The notes beneath the pieces are model-generated. The model did no database searches. It was not told the DNA's origin and saw nothing but the letters and a program-made list of their open reading frames with translations. The position numbers and the translations under genes were made by a program. A stretch of DNA of 64,000 bases from the NCBI GenBank assembly GCA_963665095.1, contig OY762069.1, positions 5,280,001-5,344,000 on the forward strand, given 5' to 3'. Shown here in pieces: positions 58,461 to 64,000 of the stretch (within the stretch, counting starts at the first letter, position 1; every line of letters begins with the position of its first letter). This DNA comes from an uncultured Desulfobacter sp. (GTDB lineage Bacteria > Desulfobacterota > Desulfobacteria > Desulfobacterales > Desulfobacteraceae).

Positions 58461-59056
58461 ATCTGCCTGTTCCCGTTGAATTTCTGGTTGTTCTCTCTTT
58501 AATCTTAGACCTGTTTCTTATTTTTTTGCTGTTTCTTTTTGTCCGCCGTGCCGGACGCCTGCAGGCTGCTGTCTGTCATGAGCAGGAACCGGACTTTGAA
58601 CAGATAGCCGACACGGTGCAAAAGGAAGCTCAAGTTGCTGCCAAAGAGGCACTTACCAAGGCCTCAGGAATGATTGAACCGGTATTGCAGGCGTCAAAAG
58701 AGGCGGCAGAGGAGTTTGAACGCCTGGTGAAGGAAAAACAGCAGCTGACCCGGAAACTGGACCACTCTCTTGATTCAAAGCTGATCAGTATTAACCTGCT
58801 TTTGTCCAGGGCCAACACGCTTTACAATCAGCTTGAAAATCAGCACAACAGCATTTTAAATACCCACCCTCAACGTTCGCCGTCCTTGTTTCACAAAGAG
58901 AAAGACGTCATTGATCAGCAGCAGCAGATAATAGACCTTTACTACCGAAAGGTGGATATTGATTCCATTGCAGAAAAGCTTTCCATTCCAAAAGGAGAGG
59001 TGCAGCTTGTCATTGACCTCAAGGAAAAGTTTATTGCAATGGAGAACGCCAGATGA
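58457..59056 (+). CDS. Membrane-anchored coiled-coil protein with C-terminal HTH-like (DUF2802-like) domain
   Basis: N-terminal TM; IAEKLSIPKGEVQLV. Confidence 0.65.
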   Translation: MNLPVPVEFLVVLSLILDLFLIFLLFLFVRRAGRLQAAVCHEQEPDFEQIADTVQKEAQVAAKEALTKASGMIEPVLQASKEAAEEFERLVKEKQQLTRKLDHSLDSKLISINLLLSRANTLYNQLENQHNSILNTHPQRSPSLFHKEKDVIDQQQQIIDLYYRKVDIDSIAEKLSIPKGEVQLVIDLKEKFIAMENAR

Positions 59057-60432
59057 TTCCGGACCTGTCGCTTTTCCCTGCGAAAAATATTTCCTCAGGG
59101 CCGCCTGGGGAGAATTTACCGGACCTGGACTTAAAACCCGGCCAGACGATCAATGCAAAAATCCTGGATGTTGTGCCCGGAACCCGGGCTCAATTGCTTA
59201 TCGGCAGCAGTACGGTTGAGGTGTCCACTCGGTTGCCTTTAACGCAGGAGATGGAGATTCCCCTGACCCTTGTGGGCACCCGGAACGGTGTTGTGCTGAA
59301 ACCTGCTTTGCCTGAAGCAACGTCTGCCCCGGGAAGTGATATCAGCCTTCAGATAGTTTCCGATAAAAAGGGGGCTGCTGTTCTGGCTGAGTTTGATATG
59401 ACGCCAGGCCGGACACTGACGGCAAAGGTACTTGATGTCGTACCCCGGAACCGTGTCCAGCTGGTTACAGGGGGAAAGCAGCTTACCGTCTCAACCCAGC
59501 TGCCCTTAAAGCCGGGTATGGAAATTTCTTTAACAGCGGCCCAAACCCGGGACGGCATCGTACTTAAACCATCCGCATCTCAGGCGTTGAGCCTGCCAGG
59601 GGATGGTGCCCAACCTCTTCCCGGGACTGAGAAAGCCTTCCAGACCACCCCTTCCTCCTTTATTTTCTCCAGGATTTTTCAGGGGCTGGCTGAGCTTGGC
59701 CAGACCAGAGAACCGGTACTGAACAAGATTCTCATGGGGCTTGCCTTGAAGTCAGGGCAGCGGGATGATCAATTCCTGCCAAGAATTCTGGAGGATGTCG
59801 GCCTGAATTTTGAAAAGAAACTGGCAGACGGTATTGAGGGCGGCAAAGGCGGAAAATCTGTAAACCCGTTAATGGAGCAACTGGCTGACAAAGATTTAAA
59901 AGCGGCGGTTCTCACCCTTCTCGGATCAGAGGGTCAGAGTGAAAAGGCAGAAACCTTAAAGCATATTATCCGGACCCTGGACAGTTTCGGACAGTTAAAT
60001 GCCAAAGCCGGGGAAGGGGGACAGACCCAGGATGGGAACCGTTTTCTGATTCCCTTCCCGGTCTGGACTGAAGAGGGGTTTGATTTCGGTCAACTGATGG
60101 TGGATGTGGGCAGCGGACAGTCAAAGGGGGCAGAAAATAAACTGATCAATATTTCCTTTTTATTGAATATGACGGCCCTTGGCCCCCTGCGGGCAGATTT
60201 TTCTATCCTGGATAAAACCCTGGCAGGTGGGTTTCTGCTGGAAGATCAGGAGACCTGCGACTACATTGACGGACTGATTCCTGAGCTGAGAAGCCGCCTG
60301 TCAGGTATTGGATACAAGGCAGGAACGATCAGCTGCCGGGTGGCTGAGCCTGACCAGATAACTCCTGCCAGCCTGATGATCTCTATGAAAGAGGCCTCTG
60401 CAGATGAGGAGAGCCTGGATATTGTGGTGTAG
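59053..60432 (+). CDS. Second FliK-like protein with duplicated N-terminal beta module
   Basis: Two ~58-aa repeats (PGQT..AK.LDVVP...STxLPL...ME...G.VLKP); C-domain L.MTALGPLRA; adjacent to FlhB-C-like gene. Confidence 0.65.
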   Translation: MIPDLSLFPAKNISSGPPGENLPDLDLKPGQTINAKILDVVPGTRAQLLIGSSTVEVSTRLPLTQEMEIPLTLVGTRNGVVLKPALPEATSAPGSDISLQIVSDKKGAAVLAEFDMTPGRTLTAKVLDVVPRNRVQLVTGGKQLTVSTQLPLKPGMEISLTAAQTRDGIVLKPSASQALSLPGDGAQPLPGTEKAFQTTPSSFIFSRIFQGLAELGQTREPVLNKILMGLALKSGQRDDQFLPRILEDVGLNFEKKLADGIEGGKGGKSVNPLMEQLADKDLKAAVLTLLGSEGQSEKAETLKHIIRTLDSFGQLNAKAGEGGQTQDGNRFLIPFPVWTEEGFDFGQLMVDVGSGQSKGAENKLINISFLLNMTALGPLRADFSILDKTLAGGFLLEDQETCDYIDGLIPELRSRLSGIGYKAGTISCRVAEPDQITPASLMISMKEASADEESLDIVV

Positions 60433-60434
60433 TT

Positions 60435-60707
60435 GTGGCGCGGGATAAAAACAGAAAAAAAGCCGTTGCCTTAAGGTATGACCGGCTTAAAGACGATGCG
60501 CCAAAGGTTATGGCCAAGGGGCAGGGCAAGGTGGCTGAAAATATTATTGCGCTGGCTCTGGCCCATGGCGTTCCAATCAAAGATGATCCGGATCTGGTGG
60601 AGGTGCTGGCATCTCTTGAAATTAACCAGGAGATCCCTGCAGAAATTTATGTGGCAGTGGCCGAGCTTCTGGCCTTTGTCTATGCCGCCAATGCGGATAA
60701 AACCTGA
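60435..60707 (+). CDS. FlhB C-terminal-like protein (FlhX / EscU-YscU-HrcU family)
   Basis: AVALRYD...APKVMAKG.G.VAE, EIP.E.Y.AVAELLAFVY. Confidence 0.9.
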   Translation: MARDKNRKKAVALRYDRLKDDAPKVMAKGQGKVAENIIALALAHGVPIKDDPDLVEVLASLEINQEIPAEIYVAVAELLAFVYAANADKT

Positions 60708-60709
60708 TG

Positions 60710-60973
60710 CTACTCTTTTTCAAGCTTTTTTGAATCAACCAGGCGGTTGCATTCATGGCAGACCATCCTGAAATCGCGAACCTTTCCCCTGAACAATTTG
60801 TGCCCGCAAAAAGGGCAGTGATAGTCTTTCAGTTCTGCGTCCGGATGACTGGCTGCGGGTCCCCAATGGCCGGATGGGGGCTGATTTGAATCATCATGTT
60901 CCTTGTTTAAGGCGTCCCGGTCCTGATGATTCGGAAAGAAACCCGGCCGCGGGTAATTGGCATCGTCTGTCAT
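60710..60973 (-). CDS. Small zinc-ribbon protein
   Basis: CPFCGHKLF...CHEC; ATG 60973 with GAAGGA RBS. Confidence 0.65.
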   Translation of the reverse strand: MTDDANYPRPGFFPNHQDRDALNKEHDDSNQPPSGHWGPAASHPDAELKDYHCPFCGHKLFRGKVRDFRMVCHECNRLVDSKKLEKE

Positions 60974-61285
60974 AATCTTCCTTCTCAAATTTAAGTTGAC
61001 ATCCGTATAAGGATGCGGTTTTTTGCTTTATCCTTTATTGCGCCTGAAGGCAAGCATAATTTCTTTGTAAATCAAGATATCCAATACAATGGACAGCCTT
61101 TCTCCCGGTAAAAAAGGTGGGAAAAAATTTCTGGGTGTGTCAATTCCGAACGACTCATGCGTTGGTCTTTTGGCGCATGGCTTCAGGATATTCCATATTT
61201 CCCGATAGGCCGGGCCTGCTGAAAAAGGAAGAATCCTTTTTGATATCAGCCACACAGGTTCATTGTAACAAATAATAAATTAAAA

Positions 61286-61301
61286 TGGCATTCCATTTGC
61301 A
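61286..61301 (+). promoter_or_regulatory. Sigma54 promoter of the flgFGAH operon
   Basis: TGGCAT-TCCAT-TTGCA. Confidence 0.78.
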
Positions 61302-61373
61302 TTAGTCCATTGGCATAAACGTCAATCTGTGCTGGGAAAAGCCAGTGCAGCCTTGGAAAGGAGTTTATGGCCA

Positions 61374-62066
61374 ATGATTCTTGAAATGACGCGGCCAACC
61401 CAGGGCGGGTTAAGGCAGGAGCGGAAACTTGAGGCGGTTTCCAACAACCTGGCCAACTCATCCACTGTTGGGTTTAAGAAGGATATTGTCAGTTTCGACG
61501 AGGCGTTTAAAGCCCGTGTGGACCAGGATTTCTCCCAGGGCGATGTAATCCAGACCGATAATCCGCTGGATGTGGCCTTAGGCCCCCAGGGGCTCTTCAA
61601 GGTGGAGACTCCGGACGGTATCCGGTATACCCGGAACGGTAATTTTTCCTTAAACAGCGAAGGTATCCTGGTGGATAAAAGCGGCAACCCGGTCATGGGA
61701 CAGGGCGGAGCCATATTTCTGAATGTTGTGGATCCGGACACCAGCGTCAATGTAGATGAATCCGGACAGATTTTTGTGAATAACGAAATTCTGGATACCT
61801 TTGATGTGGTCACCTTTGAGGATATGACCAAACTTGATAACATTGGTGACAACCTTTTTGTTTATACCGGAGATAGTGCAGATGAGATCACCCTTGAAAA
61901 TGCCAGAGTCGAGGCGGGTTCCCTGGAACACTCCAATGTCAAGGTGGTGGAAGAAATGGCAAAAATGATTGACTATCAACGAATGTTTGAAATTTATACC
62001 AAGTCTATGAAAACTTTTGATGAGATTGATTCAAAGGCCATTAATGACGTGGGTACCTTTTCATAA
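61374..62066 (+). CDS. flgF: Flagellar basal-body rod protein
   Basis: SNNLANSSTVGFKK, YTRNGNF, LEHSNV..VEEM; directly upstream of flgG. Confidence 0.9.
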   Translation: MILEMTRPTQGGLRQERKLEAVSNNLANSSTVGFKKDIVSFDEAFKARVDQDFSQGDVIQTDNPLDVALGPQGLFKVETPDGIRYTRNGNFSLNSEGILVDKSGNPVMGQGGAIFLNVVDPDTSVNVDESGQIFVNNEILDTFDVVTFEDMTKLDNIGDNLFVYTGDSADEITLENARVEAGSLEHSNVKVVEEMAKMIDYQRMFEIYTKSMKTFDEIDSKAINDVGTFS

Positions 62067-62078
62067 AGGAGTGCACAT

Positions 62079-62861
62079 ATGATACGGTCGCTTTGGTCGG
62101 CAGCCACAGGGATGATGGCCCAGGAAACGCAGATAGGAGTTACGGCCAATAACCTTGCCAACTCTTCCACTACCGGGTTTAAAAAATCCAGGGCTGCATT
62201 TGAGGATTTAATGTATATGACCCAGCGGGTGGCCGGCCAGACAACGCCTGGCGGCGGGCAGGTCCCCACCGGGATTCAGGTCGGTATGGGGGTTAATCCG
62301 GCAGGTATTCAGAAAATTTGGACCCAGGGCGACTATGTTCAGACAGACAATCAGCTTGATTTTGCCATCCAGGGGGAAGGCTTTTTCAGAGTGCTGCACG
62401 GGGACCAGGATATGTACACCCGGGCAGGCGACTTTTCCCTGGACAGTGAGGGGTATATTACCAGTCAGGCCGGCGACCGCCTTCAGCCTGAGATTGCCAT
62501 TCCCCTTGAGGCGGTCACCATTACCCTGGACGAAGATGGCACTTTGACCGTGTTTGGAGATGACGAAACCGTTCTGGCAACCGAACAGGTCCTTGTCTCC
62601 ACTTTTATCAATCCGGCCGGGCTCTATGCCGCAGGCGGCAATCTGTTCAGGGAGACCGAAGGTTCCGGTCCCCCCCAGGAAGGCACTCCGGGAGAGGACG
62701 GGGCCGGCACGGTGGTGAATTTCTATATTGAGAATTCCAATGTGGATATCGTAGAGGAGATGGTGAGTCTGATTTCAGGCCAGAGAACCTATGAGGCCAA
62801 TTCAAAGTCCATCACCACCTCCGATGATATGCTGGCCACGGCCGTGCAGTTAAAATCTTAA
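62079..62861 (+). CDS. flgG: Flagellar distal rod protein
   Basis: MIRSLWSAATGM, FEDLMY, PTGIQVGMGV; 260 aa. Confidence 0.96.
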   Translation: MIRSLWSAATGMMAQETQIGVTANNLANSSTTGFKKSRAAFEDLMYMTQRVAGQTTPGGGQVPTGIQVGMGVNPAGIQKIWTQGDYVQTDNQLDFAIQGEGFFRVLHGDQDMYTRAGDFSLDSEGYITSQAGDRLQPEIAIPLEAVTITLDEDGTLTVFGDDETVLATEQVLVSTFINPAGLYAAGGNLFRETEGSGPPQEGTPGEDGAGTVVNFYIENSNVDIVEEMVSLISGQRTYEANSKSITTSDDMLATAVQLKS

Positions 62862-62891
62862 AGAGGGCTCTGAACAGGGTTACTTCAGCTT

Positions 62892-63881
62892 ATGAAGGGA
62901 AATTTTTATCATAAAAGCGGGTTTTTGTTGGCGGCGACGCTTGTGTGCATGCTTTACACCTTTGTTTTACCTGCATGGGCAAAACCGGAAGAGACGATTT
63001 CCATTCACGTGCACGGGACAGCCGAAGTGACCGGACCGGTTATTCTGCTTAAAGATCTTGCCACCATCAATGCGCCTGATTTTTTTCAAGAAGAGCTGGC
63101 ACGTATTGACCTGGGAAAATCGCCCAGGGCCGGCCGGATGAAACAGCTTTCCGCAGAGAGGATTACATCAGCAGTAAACGCCATAGGGCTGGAGGGAAAA
63201 CAGATTTTTGTCCAGGTCCCTAAACAGGTCTTTGTCAAACGCGCAAGCCAGGCCCTTGATCCTGCCCTTGTGGAAAAAGATGTCATCCATTTTTTATCCG
63301 GTTTTTTCCCAAAAGGAGACTTTGAACTGACAGCATTCAGGGTCCGGGGGATTCAAGCCTATCCTCCCGGGGATTTATCTGTGGTGTTTGATAAACGGTA
63401 CACGCCTTCCGGCAACGGACGACTCCTGTTACATGCAGACGTATGGGTAAACGGCACCAGGCTGGACCGGCTCACCATCACAGGCCGCCTGACCTTGTTC
63501 CGGTCTGTGGTGGTTGCATCAAAACGGCTGGAAAGAGGGCAGATCATTACGTCGGCAGATGTGACACTTCAATCCATGGATGTATTTGGACAGAAATCAG
63601 ACCTGCTGTTTTCAGTGGATCAGGTGGACGGCATGGTCATGACCCGCACCGTGGATATCGGGGCGTGTGTGACACGGGATGAATTCCGCCAGGCCCCAAC
63701 CATTGAAAAGGGGGCTGTTGTCAAACTGGTTGCCCGTAAGAACAGGCTCTCCATTGTCACCCTGGGGGTATGTAAAGAAGACGGCTATAAGGGTCAGCCT
63801 GTGGCGGTTGAAAATTTAACCTCGGGAAAAATTGTGCGCGGTCTGGTACAGGAAAACGGCACCGTGGAAGTGGTCTTTTAA
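62892..63881 (+). CDS. flgA: P-ring assembly chaperone
   Basis: Signal peptide, SAF domain, G....DG..GQ.V.VEN..SGKIV. Confidence 0.9.
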   Translation: MKGNFYHKSGFLLAATLVCMLYTFVLPAWAKPEETISIHVHGTAEVTGPVILLKDLATINAPDFFQEELARIDLGKSPRAGRMKQLSAERITSAVNAIGLEGKQIFVQVPKQVFVKRASQALDPALVEKDVIHFLSGFFPKGDFELTAFRVRGIQAYPPGDLSVVFDKRYTPSGNGRLLLHADVWVNGTRLDRLTITGRLTLFRSVVVASKRLERGQIITSADVTLQSMDVFGQKSDLLFSVDQVDGMVMTRTVDIGACVTRDEFRQAPTIEKGAVVKLVARKNRLSIVTLGVCKEDGYKGQPVAVENLTSGKIVRGLVQENGTVEVVF

Positions 63882-63895
63882 TGAAGGAGATAATA

Positions 63896-64000
63896 ATGTC
63901 GGCAGTACAAGGAAAAATCCTAAGAACATGCATTTTCTTTATTCTGACCAGCATGGTCATGACTTTTACCGGGTGTTATTTTACGGGAAACAACGCTTCC
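63896..64000 (+). CDS. flgH: Lipoprotein 5' end, probably flagellar L-ring protein (runs off the window)
   Basis: AAGGAG RBS, signal peptide with lipobox FTGC; follows flgA. Confidence 0.6.
   Translation, partial: MSAVQGKILRTCIFFILTSMVMTFTGCYFTGNNAS

Overview
Bacterial chromosomal window. Gene content and the sigma54-driven flagellar cluster suggest a Desulfobacteraceae-like sulfate reducer (inference). Bases 1-29,300 are a patchwork of accessory metabolic and regulatory loci: acyl-CoA synthetase plus permease, an eutB/eutC pair fused by a deletion, a DUF1638 gene with a sigma54-driven structured leader or sRNA, a secreted HExxH protein plus lipoprotein, a nonsense-disrupted thioesterase, an orphan histidine kinase, a TetR-linked lipid beta-oxidation-like operon with two Fe-S DUF2148-like paralogs, zraP/zraS/zraR-like genes, a TrmB regulator plus ornithine aminotransferase, and a remnant aryl-polyene-type ACP/KS locus. 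Bases 29,571-37,035 are an envelope operon (TPR/SLH lipoprotein, LPP20/FlgP-like, SpoIID, MscS, CsgG/FlgO-like). Bases 39,861-64,000 are a polar-type flagellar cluster (fliK flgD flgE fliL fliM fliN fliO fliP fliQ fliR flhB flhA flhF flhG fliA ... flgF flgG flgA flgH) with enlarged FlgD and FlgE. The most striking item is a second FliL-like membrane protein (56410-58143) whose acidic cytoplasmic tail carries 7-9 copies of the FliM N-terminal CheY-P-binding peptide. No rRNA, tRNA, CRISPR array or intact transposase was seen. All family assignments come from motif recognition by eye, not database searches.
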